DNA of 63,323 nt, counting the filler, from Lenisia limosa (lineage: Eukaryota; Protista; Breviatea): NCBI GenBank assembly GCA_001655205.1. It is 16 parts of 16 records of this genome, joined end to end, with 100 filler letters (N's around TTAATTAATTAA, not from the genome) between each part and the next. Parts side by side here need not be neighbours in the genome. Positions count along the whole stretch, not along the records: positions 10,721 to 18,658 come from LPNZ01001657.1; positions 18,759 to 21,803 come from LPNZ01006032.1; positions 21,904 to 26,081 come from LPNZ01008428.1; 13 more parts are not named here. One strand, written 5' to 3'. The position numbers and the translations under genes are program-made. Shown piece after piece: positions 12,377-24,309 of this stretch (within the stretch, counting starts at the first letter, position 1; every line of letters starts with the position of its first letter). Under the pieces are notes generated by a model that was not told the DNA's origin, ran no database searches, and saw only the letters and a list, made by a program, of their open reading frames with translations.

Positions 12377-14339
12377 ATGCGTGATTTGTTCTCGTCAGAA
12401 GACGAGAACACTGTTGATGAGCATTCTCTTGGATGTTTGCTTTTTCATTTTCATTTTTGTGTCATCTTTGATATTACTAATTAGTATTGTTGCTGGCCAA
12501 TATTTAGCAAAATTTCATGTAAACTGGCTGCCTGAGTCTGGGGCCTTTATCCTTATTGGCTTGATTATCTCTGCATTCTTGAAGATATTCAATCAAAATG
12601 AATTGATTTCACTAACAGCTTTTAATCCCGAAATTTTCTTCTTTCTCCTTCTGCCTCCTATTATCTTTGAAGCAGGTGTATCTTTAAAGAAGGTTTGTTT
12701 TTCAGTATTTATGTTGCGTAATTTCTTCAAAAATTTCAATACCATCATTGTTATGGCGGTTGGTGGCACAATTTTTGCGACAATGTTTATCGGCATGATC
12801 ACGTTTTACCTTTTGGATTTTAATCTTTTTGATGCATTTCTATTTGGAGGTGAGAACTTGGAAGAAAATGATCATTAAGCTTTGATTTCTGCTGTGGACC
12901 CAGTTGCAACTATTTCAATCTTTCAACAGCTCCATGTTGTTCCTCATTTGTATTCCTTAGTGTTTTGTGAGTCAGTTCTCAATGATGCTGTGGCAATTGT
13001 ATTGTAGGAGCCAACTACAATTTATTTGATTTTAGATATCGCTCCTTGTCACGGTCGCAGATCACTGGCCATGAAGACCTTCCAAGTGTTATTATTGAAT
13101 TCCTTTGGATTGGTCTCTCTTCAGTTGTTCTTGGTTTTCTTTCTGGGCTGATTGCTTCATTTGTTGGTTTACTGTATTTGTCTCACCAAATAGCTTTTGA
13201 AGCATGCGACTATTGAAAAGCGAGGACCTCAAGACTCTGCAATCGTGCTTTTAGTTGCCTATATGTACGAAGAGTTTTCTTTCATTTTTTTTTAGTACAT
13301 ATTTGTTTGGTGAGCATTTCCATTTATCTGGTGTGGTATCCATATTCTTTGTTGGAATTACTGTGTCTCATTATGGAGAGTTTGTTTTGTCTTTTTTTGA
13401 CTTACCGTCTAGGAAAACAATTTCAGAGGAAAACCATGAGTGTGTCCATTTTGTCATTCACACAATTTCACATTTCTGTGAAACAGTAGTATTTGTTCTT
13501 CTTGGACTTTCTACTTTCGCTCACATTGATAAATACCCCGTTTTACTGGGCTTTCAGGCTTCCATTATTGTTGTGTGCTCAAGATTTTTGACCGTCTTCA
13601 TTTTTATCCCTTTGATTAACATGGGAAGGAAAATTGCTATTCCAAGGAAAATGCAAGTTGTCACCTTCTTTTCAGGTAAGCATTGTGCACCCTTTTGACA
13701 ACACAGGACTTCGTGGGGCCATTGCGTTTGCCCTTGCATTGAATTTACCTTCAACTACAGAACAAAAAAATGACATCATTGCAATGACTCATTTCACAAT
13801 TCTTCTGACTGTTTTTGTATTTGGTAAGTTCCAAAATTGGGAATCACACCATTCAGGAGGGTCCACTTCAGCGCTCCTACAGAAACTGGGAAATCTAACT
13901 GAAGATTCTGAAAACCCTATGTCCTTAGAATGTTTATCCAAAAAAGGAAAGAAGAATATTAATCGGCTCAAAATTGATAACTGGTTTCAAAAGTACTTCG
14001 GAGTTGTGAAGGCACTTCCTTCTGACCAACCAACTTGCCCCCCTGCAGATTATCAGCCAGCTGAAGGAGTAACAAGTTATATACAAGCTGATGTGGGTTC
14101 TACATAGTTAAGAATTGCGTTCTTTAAAACAGTACCATATTTTATTAACACTATCATTCTTTCCAACTATTTCAGGGCGGAGGCTTGATTGTTCCATCAG
14201 GTTCTGACAATGACGAATCATGTATGTTTAATGTGAATGTACCTGTTTTTGGACTCCTTTCACTTCTTTAGTACCTTCTACACCAACTGAGGTTGTGCTA
14301 GATCAGGAGGCAATTGATTCCAAAGTTAACCAATTGTGA
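12377..14339 (+). CDS. Na+/H+ exchanger (SLC9A, NHE8-like) with ~30-nt introns; carries apparent lesions
   Basis: [21 protein letters not shown]|[29 protein letters not shown] and FSG|[11 protein letters not shown]. The spliced tail stays in frame to TGA at 14337. Confidence 0.92.
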
Positions 14340-14363
14340 CAGGCTTTGTGCATCAATGAATTT

Positions 14364-16053
14364 TTATCTTGCTTCATGAATGGCGGCCAGACACTCTCTC
14401 AGGGCCATGTGTTTCCAGGTGGCACTTTCAGGGCAAAAGGTTTCAAAAACAGTGTTAAGAATGGGGTGATTAATATCTCTTGATATCTCGTGTTGCTTCA
14501 ATTGTTTTGAGTACGCTCTTTCTTCAATCAAGCTACGGAGTGTCTGTGGAATTAGACAGTTAATAACTCACATCAATTGATGAATAAGCTCCAACTTCAA
14601 CAACCACTGTGTCTACTTTTGAGCCTTGAAGATCTCTTTCGAACCCTTGAACTAAAGCACCTTGAACAGGATACGTCACACTCTGAATTCATGAAAGCCT
14701 ACAAATTACTCACATCATCCGCACTGACGACATCAACAGGTCGAGAGAATTTTCTACCCAAAGTTTCATTTACTTCCAAAAGGGAGGCACCTACAAATAA
14801 CCATCGAAGAGTGACTTACATCCCCAAGGGCCAAGTCCAGTATGAATGTCAACAACTGTAACCTTTTTGGTAAAGGAGTGGAAAAAAACATCAATAAACT
14901 GGCCCCTCTCCCACCTGTGATTTACCTTGAAGCATTGGAATGACTGACTCCGAAATAATTGTATGATCTTGAAATAGTGAGGAAATGGTTGAAATAGACA
15001 AAATCGATATCAAATGTAGAAATGTAAAATTAGAAGAAGAATCTTGTCGAAGTTGTTGCCATCACGTTTAAGGGATACGTAGAAAAACTAACTAATTGAA
15101 AGAGAACTGCCTCCAAAGAATAACCCATCTTCATAGACGTATTGACCTCCAGCAATAGCCTAAAGCAATAAAGACAAAAATCACTACCCTTTTCATGTTT
15201 TGCATTCCAATTCTTAAAATGTTATATGCAGATTTGAGGTAGAATTTGGTAGTGTCAATGTATTTGGAAACTACAAAGTGTTAACACACTCAGAGCACTC
15301 ACGGCCTTCGGTAGCAGATGGATTGTCTGGATGCAATGTAGGGTATAAATCGTCATATCTGAAAAAAAGGTGAATCAGTGAAATATTCACTACAGCGTGT
15401 TTTTCTTTTGCTTCAACTCCACAAATTTTTCTTGAGGTAGGTAGTTTCTGTTCAGATCAACTCCATCCTGGTTCCACCTTTACCATCATATAATTGGATG
15501 GAAATTTACCTTGATTTCCACGCCATTCCCCAAGGATTAACGGAATGGATCAGCAAGAGTGCTTTATCTTCAGGAGGATTTGCAAGGAAAGAGAGTGCTT
15601 TATCTTTGCTGTAAACTACTAAACCTCTTCACCTTTAGTTCCCACGGATTCTACTAAAGCCAACTGAACAGCAGAGCCCAGAAACCCCTCAGTTCCTAAA
15701 TAGGCATACAATTAAAAGGAACCAAAACCAAACCGTGTGTAGCCGAACAGACAACCTCCACATTTTCTGCTTCTTGTTGGCCTATCCAAATGGCATCAAT
15801 AAAAAGTTCTTTTCCATTAGGTCCCACTCCACCAATTGGAAAAGAAGTAACTTTTAAATCTGGCAGGTTGAAAACATGATTCAAGGCAAGAAGTTGAAAT
15901 CATCCAAAACATCAGCTCACTTTTCGACTTTGCCTTCTCGATGATCCTCGTTCGCGCATTATCATAAGTTGTTGAAAACAGTGCTACGGCTTCCTCTTCT
16001 GAAATTGCTTCTGTTCTCCATAAATGAGATGGGAGGAAAGCTGCCTCTTCCAT
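14364..16053 (-). CDS. DUF2817 family M14-like zinc peptidase (bacterial-type), intron-containing
   Basis: FSTTYDNAR, GPNGKELFIDAIWIG, SATHG|TEGFLGSAVQ (HxxE), IHSVNPWG..VDLNRN, AIAGGQY..GLFFGG and VDIHTGLGPWG. The 5' end is uncertain. Confidence 0.8.
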
Positions 16054-16396
16054 CTAAATTGGGCAGGGGGTCACACAGGTCCAGTTCTATTCTCCTTCTG
16101 TTGCTTCTGTACACTTTCTCAACTTTCTCTGTAAATCTGAAATGAAGGTGCTAAGAGAGCTGAAGGCAAAAGCTGTAGGAGAGTGAAATAAAACGTGAAT
16201 GTAAATTTCGACCATGGGGTAGTAGACTATATATCTGCGATTTGGCGATCAGGACGAATTTCCGAACACAACAGCACCTTGCCAGCACCCACCAGCACAC
16301 ACACCAGCACACCACCAAACCATGGGGAGTATCCAAACCACCAAACTTCATTAGATTTTACTAGATCTTCACCTGGTTGTGTCACCCCTTGTTATA

Positions 16397-18481
16397 ATGG
16401 GACTTCTAACAGTCTTGAAAAAGGTGAAAATGAATGAAAAGGAAATGCGGATTCTGATTCTGTTGGCTACAATATATACTTTTCTGTGTAACTTTTAGGG
16501 GTCTTGATAATGCTGGGAAGACAACATGTGTCAAGAGGCTTAAAGGCGACGATATCAGTAAAATAAGCCCAACACTCGGCTTTTCAATTGAGTCCCTTGT
16601 CCATATGGGGTTTGTGCGCCCTGTCATGACAAGTTTAGCTACAAGCTCAACATGTGGGATGTTGGCGGACAAAAGACAATCAGGTCTTATTGGAGGAATT
16701 ACTTTGAGCAAACTGGTAGGGTGGAAACTTTTTTGGGTGGGTCAGTGTTGCTGTAAATGTTTCCTTTTGGTTATCAAATCTAATTAAACACAATAAAGTT
16801 GAAATCTTTTTTGGAACAGAAGAAGGAACTCAAATAAGTATCTTCGAATCAGCAATCGATCATTCAATTCAAAACTATTACTGACCAATTAGAGGGTTTG
16901 ATCTGGGTCATCGACAGCCAAGATACAGGGAGAATGAAAGATTGTGCTGAAGAGTTCAAACAAGTGCTACAGGAAGAGGTTTGTTAACATCTTATAGGAT
17001 TCTAAAAGAACCATCCTAATGATATTTCAATATTCTTGCCGCAAAAATAAAGTGTTTTTCCGGGAAATCACTCAAAATTTAGTCAAAATTAGACAAATTA
17101 GACAATTTCTCTGACTCTAGAGCAAAGAAAGAAAGCCAGAACCTACAGTAGCAATACTGAAACTAAAGAACCAGCAGTCTCTGGAGCCGAAAGAATACAC
17201 ATGGAGAAAATGATAGTAGATGATCATCAGAAAAAAAGTTGAGATCCCTGGATGGATGGTGATTGGTCAAAATATTATGGATGGACGAAGGCTTGCTCCT
17301 TCCAAAAGAGCTCTTTCCCTGTCTGCCGCCCTCAAATACAATAAAGAAGCAGTTCGTGATTTTTCCTGACGCTTAAATATGTTTCAACCAAAAATACCCT
17401 TGCCTCCAGGTCCGGGTCCTTCGGCATCGGGCTTTTCTTATTGGAAAATCACGGCAAAAACAATAAAAATCAAATAAAAGTATTATATACACGACAGAAA
17501 TACCGTTAAGGAAGATTAAACTTCAATTTGAATCTTGGTGGGACGTTTGTTGTGGTTGGGGTTAAAAAGGCAGCACAGATAATATTGCTGTTGCTGGCGG
17601 AGGAACTCATTAAGACCTGAAAACAGTGAAGACAATTCAATAATAACTCAGCTAACCTTTAAAATATTGCCGATATTGACATTGACGACAACTGAAGGAG
17701 GTGGGAGAAGGAGAGAAGCAGCAAGAGGTAGTCGTTAAGATGAAGAGGAAGAAGGAGGAGCAAAATACAAAGTATTAGTGGGGCAGCAGGAAGAGGCGGT
17801 ATATCAACAATTGGATTGCATTTAAGTGTTTTCCAGAAAGGTCCCCGGGTTTCACCAAGTGGTCTTCTTTCTGCCGAAGACACCGAACTTCTTCATCCTA
17901 CAATTATGGTCACTATAAGACCTATTTTGTTTTTGGAACATACTACGCAACCCAATTTACCACTACAATGAATTTGTGTGTCAAGATCCCAAAATCTCGT
18001 TTTTGCCATTGTAAATTGTATCGTTTATTATTTTGTTCTTTGTGAATAATAAATATAGATACGAAATAGTCACCTCTTTAGAGACTAGCAGGTGCTTCTT
18101 TGTTGGTCCTATGTAACAAGCAGGACATGGCAGGAGCACTGTCTATGGAAGAAATTGCTGAAGTATGAAGTTTCTCCCTAGCGTTAAATAATAGTCTTTC
18201 AATGCATATGATATTTTTATTTCATTTCATTTTCTGTTGTATATAATTACATACATTGAGGTTCTTTTTTCTTGATACACACTAATCAAATAGCAGCTAC
18301 AACTCAGTAGTATAAGAAGCCATCACTGGAAGGCAATGGTGAGGGAGTGGGCAAGTGAAAGACAAAGCGAAACATGAAGTTACCATTTTAGCCCGTCTCA
18401 GCAGTGACTGGTCAAGGGTTGCGACCAGCCATGGATTGGATTATCAGAGATGTTGCATCAAGAGTGTATATGGCTGATTAG
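16397..18481 (+). CDS. ARL2: ADP-ribosylation factor-like GTPase 2, complete
   Basis: [64 protein letters not shown] and [23 protein letters not shown]. Confidence 0.95.
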
Positions 18482-18759
18482 AGGCTAATTTGAGATTTTT
18501 TTTTTTATTGTTGTTTTTGATTCCTCAACTAGGTTGTGATTAGGTTTTGATGTATTAATGTATGATCTGGGCTATGTATGATTGGACTGGTGTATTTTGT
18601 ACTTTACAGAAATTTTCACCAAGTTTTTACTTTTGTGCGAGGAGGTATACTACATATANNNNNNNNNNNNNNNNNNNNNNNNNNNNNNNNNNNNNNNNNN
18701 NNTTAATTAATTAANNNNNNNNNNNNNNNNNNNNNNNNNNNNNNNNNNNNNNNNNNNNG

Positions 18760-20152
18760 TCGAGATGACGACGATGAAAACATTGAGAAGGCTCGTGTGG
18801 AGGTGGCGACTGTGAGGGGATTATGGAAATTATGAAACAAAATCGAAATGGTATAATCCTATCAACTCTGTTGGAAGACTCAAAAAGACGAAGACATTTA
18901 GTTGTCATACCTGTCCACACATATTGACGCTTCATTCCCACTTCCTTTGCTATTACTTGAATTAATATTACTCTATAATCCAATATCTCTTATAAGCGTG
19001 AATGGTGTGGACCTTCGGCCAGATACAACCTTTTTTTTTTATTTCTCACTATATAATACTTGGATAGACTTACCATATTAGGAAATGTCGAAGGTTGTGC
19101 GTTATGAGGCGAAGGCCGCCCCCGTTGAAGGTGCCCTCAACCTCGGTCTTCCAAGAGAAGTGTTTTCTGCTGAAGAAATGACTGAGGTAATAAACAATAA
19201 ATCAAAATAAAACAACTTTTGTTGAAATCACACTTACCATATTAGGCAAGCGACCTGATTGCAGTGGAAGAGGCTGACTTTGTTGCCCATCATGGTACAG
19301 TGAAGCCCCAGGACTACCGACGGGTGTGGGATTTGATCCACAACGAAATGCAAGTGTAAGCGGCCGGGGTGATGTTCTTTGTTTGCGATTATTTCGGCTT
19401 CTAATCTCTATTTTTATNNNNNNNNNNNNNNNNNNNNNNNNNNNNNNNNNNNNNNNNNNNNNNNNNNNNNNNNNNNNNNNNNNNNNNNNNNNNNNNNNNN
19501 NNNNNNNNNNNNNNNNNNNNNNNNNNTCACAAACCAAGCTCATCCACGCCCTCAAGTGGCAACACACCGTTTGCAGGGCCTTGGTGACTCGTTTCCTTTT
19601 ATGTCATGTCATAGTGAAGCACTCAGGATTGCGCCTTTAGAGCTTCACAATGGTCCTATTCACATGACACCAATCTAACACACTCAGAACGCTATCAAGG
19701 CCCTGGAGGAGGAGACCGCCCGGTGTGAAGCTGCCCAAGCCAAGGTTGAGGTCATGTGCAAGGTGCGTGCTGCAACCATCTGTCATGCCATCTTTAACAT
19801 CTATGGTTCCACCACGCCTGCATCTTCTCACAACCAGGGCTACACCATGCGTGCGAGCGCTCTGACGCAGCGACTGACGGAGGCGCGTGAGAAGATCCGC
19901 AACTCCGTCGTGGACGCCAAGGCCTTCACCGCCCTTCTGGAGCATGAGTCTGAGGTCATCACGGAGAGGAAAATGGTGGGTTGTTCAGAGCAAGTCTGTT
20001 GCTTGGTACAAACAAAACCTTTTCTGTATCTAACCACCCAGTCCCTGAGACGCGAGGTTGAGGTCGTGCGTTCACGGCACGCTGCCCTGCAGCTCGAGCA
20101 TAAGAAGCTCCTGGAGGAGAGGGACAGCTTGAAGGCCTCAGTCGCCGCATAG
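18760..20152 (+). CDS. CDC5L: CDC5L/Cef1 splicing factor, 3' part
   Basis: IEKARVEVAT|EMSKVVRYE, FSAEEMTE|ASDLIAVEE..HG, GYTMRASAL..AFTALLEHE and SLRREVEVVRSRHAALQ align by eye with the CDC5L C-terminus. Confidence 0.75.
18812..18876 (-). mobile_element. Family D fragment antisense to CDC5L, starting at the inferred donor
   Basis: The reverse complement reads CCAACAGAGTTGAT..TTTTGTTTCATAATTTCCATAATCCCCTCAC. Confidence 0.65.
18973..19049 (+). mobile_element. Family B repeat
   Basis: CTATAATCCAATATCTCTTATAAGCGTGAATGGTGTGGACCTTCGGCCAGATACAACC..ATTTCTCA. Confidence 0.8.
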
Positions 20153-20338
20153 TGTGTTTGTTGTACTAGTTTAATATTCATGTTTCTCTTTCTTCTTCAC
20201 AGTGATGCATGCGCGGGAGAGAGGGGGTCTAATGTACAGTTTCAAAAACGACAGATAATTTGAGAAATCCACACCTTTTAGGGAAACATAATACATAAAT
20301 TTGCCGCAATCACACATAGGGCCAGAAAGAACCTTTGA

Positions 20339-21803
20339 CTATTGGGGTCCCAGACTGCGGAGATGGTCTAGGAGCTGCGTGTGGAATGTGGGGATCCCTC
20401 CATACCCTGCGAAAGTCAGAGAAGTGGGACTTGTAGAAATACACTACACAGACGCGAAAAACCCTGACACGATTGGGTAAAGCTCAATAGTTGTGTCAGC
20501 CAGTGTCCAAGTTAAAAAAAGTCCTTTCAAAGTAACAGACCTGGGAAGTAGTTCACATCCACCACGTGCCACTGCTGGGTGCTGTCGTTTTGTAGCAAGT
20601 CAAAACCATACACAGTCATGCCCTTCGTTGTCAGACAGAATGTTGGCAACAGAATACCTGGGATTGTCCATTTTTTGACCGTTTTGAAGGGCACATACCC
20701 CTCCCCCCCACGGTGTGATGTGTGATTGCCGATGATAGGGAGGCGACAAGAGGCACCGGCGGCCCCGGGTTGTCCGGCTCGGAAACTGAAGTACCTGGGG
20801 CGTCAGCTATCCTTCGCTTCAGCTTGGTACAAGGCTAATGGATATGTTGGAACGTTCGAAAAATATCGGTAAAATATCGATAGTTTCCGAGGATTTATCG
20901 AAAAATTCAGTCTTTTTATTGAACCGAAGTGAAGCCCTAGTTGCAATAAATAAGAACAAAAATGCAGGATGGCAGATAGTGGCTGCTGGGGTCGGGGAAA
21001 TATTCAGATGGAAAATAGGCAAAGCGTACTGAGACGTGGGGAGGGAAATCGAGGGACGTGAGAGGAAAACATCAGAGAGGACCGTTTGGCCTTGTCTTCG
21101 ACCTAGATGGGTGAATTGTGATAAGATATGGAAAACTGATCACATTTATGAAGGATATTGATTTGTTTATTACAGATATTGAAAGCAATATAACCATATG
21201 ATATGAATTCACCCGGTTATGTTCCTACAACTCAAAGTAGATTTCATTACGACTACAACAAACCCACTTGAGCCATGTTTTCTTCTGCTGCATCATCCAA
21301 AATAGACGGCACCACCTGGGGCTTCTGAATAGTCAGGTTGAGTGCGGATTTCAAACAATTCATCGTTATGGGGTAGAAGGTGAAGTAATGAGTACTGAGG
21401 GTCACAAAAGAGGAGGGAGTATCAGAAGTGGAAAATGAAAAGCCAAGTCATATATCGGAAAATATCCCGTTTGTACCTCGGCCTTCCTACGAGACATAAA
21501 ACACCCATTTACCCGAAGTACTGGCTCAATCGGAAGGGGGGAGGCGTCACGGTCCGGGTCAGAGAGAAGGGGCGTGGAGTGGATCGGTTCAGGCACGATC
21601 GGTTGCTGGCGGAATTAGTGAGAGGTCAGTACCCCGCTTCTCTTATCCCCATCCCCCCTCCCTCACGCGTCTTTTTGGCGGTGATGGTGAGCGCGAGGCG
21701 TAGACAGGGCGCGTGGTGGTCAACTTGCGTGCCAAACGATCGGCCGCGGACTCCACCATGTCCAGCGGCAGCGTGGGGGTCTGGATGGAGGGGCGGCGAG
21801 GCT
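20339..21803 (-). CDS. ITPK1: Inositol-tetrakisphosphate 1-kinase (ATP-grasp), 3' part
   Basis: LSSAITHHT|GMTVYGFDLL..WHVVDVNYFP|GYGGIPTFHTQLLDHL matches the ITPK1 FGIDII..IDINAFPGY region. Confidence 0.75.
20851..20939. mobile_element. Family A MITE with a degraded left end
   Basis: ..AAAATATCGATAGTTTCCGAGGATTTATCG..GAACCGAAGTGAAGCCCTA. Confidence 0.8.
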
Positions 21804-22039
21804 NNNNNNNNNNNNNNNNNNNNNNNNNNNNNNNNNNNNNNNNNNNNTTAATTAATTAANNNNNNNNNNNNNNNNNNNNNNNNNNNNNNNNNNNNNNNNN
21901 NNNATATTCCCTCGGGACTGGCGTCCCTAGTGGATATAGTATATAACATATTACCGCGTAGAAAACAAAAATGTAATATATGCTTAGAATATCCCCTATG
22001 AATATTTAATTAAATGTATTTTATTGTTCTCAAAATTAT

Positions 22040-23165
22040 TTTAATCCTACCGGGGCGTGGGTTATTGCCAAGCAAAGGAATGGTCCAAAGATCAAAACTT
22101 GCAACCTGTAGACATAAAATAAAATAAAAACGATTCCTTTCTGAGCAAAATAAACTCAATAGTGCAATACTTCGTTCAAATATCGTATTTGTTAATTTTA
22201 GAATTATCTTCCCTTTAATCCACNNNNNNNNNNNNNNNNNNNNNNNNNNNNNNNNNNNNNNNNNNNNNNNNNNNNNNNNNNNNNNNNNNNNNNNNNNNNN
22301 NNNNNNNNNNNNNNNNNNNNNNNNNNNNNNNNNNNNNNNNNNNNNNNNNTTGGTAGCGGTACAAATGTGTAGTTGTGACCTGGGGTAGTGGAGGTGGGTA
22401 AACAGCGCAATTATGTCACAAATCAAAAATACTGAAGTACAACAAAAATATCCCCTCCACCAAAAAATAATAATAATAATAATAAAAAATAGTCAACCTA
22501 TACATAGCTATACATATATTATACATGTGATACCCGTGCTGACTTGCATATCGCACATCGGACCGTGTATCTTCGGTATACACCACCACATTGCCGACTT
22601 GGTCGAAGTATGGCTCCAACATCTGGAAATTTCAAAAAAAAAATTCTGCTAAATAAAAACTGGGATATATAGAGCTATTTGACATGACTTGAGCTTCCTA
22701 AATTAACGATAAAAGCCTGGAATCCAAAATAAATCCTCTAGAAAAAATAAAATGTGAATCGGTCTACCAGTTACCAGGAAAAAGCCCCAATAATAACCCA
22801 ACGTACCATCCAAGACAAACTCACTTCTCACACCGTCAGGGCAGCAGATAATCCAAGACAAACTCACTTCTCACACCGTCATGGCAGCAGATAATCCAAG
22901 ACAAGCTCACTTCTCACACCGTCATGGCAGCAGATAATCCAAGACAAACTTACTTCTCACACAGTCATGGCAGCAGATAATCCAAGACAAGCCCCCTTAC
23001 CAGACAGGCTGGAGAACTGGTCTCGCCAAAAAATTGGACTGTCGGGTATGTAAAGGGCAGCTGTGCCCCATTCTCCAGCTGAACATAGTTGAGGTCAGAG
23101 ACATTTTGGGTGTGAGTTGCGTTAATGCAGGCGGTTGGGTACTTGATCGCATGGAACACTGGGGG
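22040..23165 (-). CDS. Unidentified multi-exon gene fragment
   Basis: Splice-bounded open exons HAIKYPTACINATHTQNVSDLNYVQLENG..PACL, MLEPYFDQVGNVVVYTED..QHG and VASFDLWTIPLLG. Confidence 0.4.
22808..22991. repeat. Minisatellite, 43-bp unit, about 4.3 copies
   Basis: ATCCAAGACAAACTCACTTCTCACACCGTCATGGCAGCAGATA repeats directly with no spacers. Confidence 0.95.
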
Positions 23166-24309
23166 ATANNNNNNNNNNNNNNNNNNNNNNNNNNNNNNNN
23201 NNNNNNNNNNNNNNNNNNNNNNNNNNNNNNNNNNNNNNNNNNNNNNNNNNNNNNNNNNNNNNNNNNNNNNNNNNNNNNNNNNNNNNNNNNNNNNNNNNNN
23301 NNNNNNNNNNNNNNNNNNTAGTGAACACAGAAAGAAACACCGACAAAATTGAACCTATTCAATTCCTTCACTAATTTGAGAAATGGAGGAAAGAAAGTTC
23401 GGCACATAATAAATACCCGATACGCATAACGTTGACTTGTACTAATCGTGGCAACACCACTTCCTCAAAAAGCCATATAAGTCAAGCACAAATTCCAAAA
23501 TTATCCAAATGCAAGTGTGGAAGAGTCTGAACAACAAGAAGTACAGAATGCGATGGAAGGATCGGTTGAGTGGACAATATCAAGAATGATAGATCTTCAA
23601 CGTTGTAAATAAATAGCACCATTATCTCCGAATTATCACACCATTACATATCATGAAATCATAAAAAAGCTACCTTTTACAAAAGAGAAGGTAGCCCTCA
23701 TATATACGGGGATTATGTGAAAAAAAAAACAAAGCAAAACCAACATAAACTTGCTGATACGAGTACTAGCGAGACTAATAACCATGTAAAACAGATGGAC
23801 AGGTACATAGCTACGCTGAACAATCAAAAAATGATCCTATGGAAACTCTAGAATACTATTGAGTGCTTTACTAGCAGTTCTTTAACATAATTTTCCTTTA
23901 TTTCTTTATTATATATAATGCTATATCTGATGGTTTGATTTCAGCATGTTCAGTATGTTTTTGTTTCTTATTTCGATAATTCTCCGATATAATTCGAAAA
24001 ATAAATATTAGGAATTTCTGCACGTTTTTTTCAAAAAATCGCCTTCAATTCAAATTTTAAGATTACTTTTACACTAGTATTAGCAGATTCTGAAAATAAG
24101 GAGAAAAAATGAGGTTCTTGTTTAAAAGCTAATACTTCTTAATACCTTGAGGAAACTGCTTCATTAAGCCTTATTCATAAGGAGCAGCCAAAAACTTCAT
24201 TATTTGGTACGCTGAGGCAGAGATGTTGTTATATTTTGCAGGAGATGACCTAGAAACCCGACTACCCTCCGAGTTATCTTTATTACTCATTACATATGAT
24301 ATTTATAGG

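Noticed and set aside
22808-22991. CRISPR-like array
   Set aside because: The units are contiguous with no unique spacers, there are no cas genes, and the context is eukaryotic.
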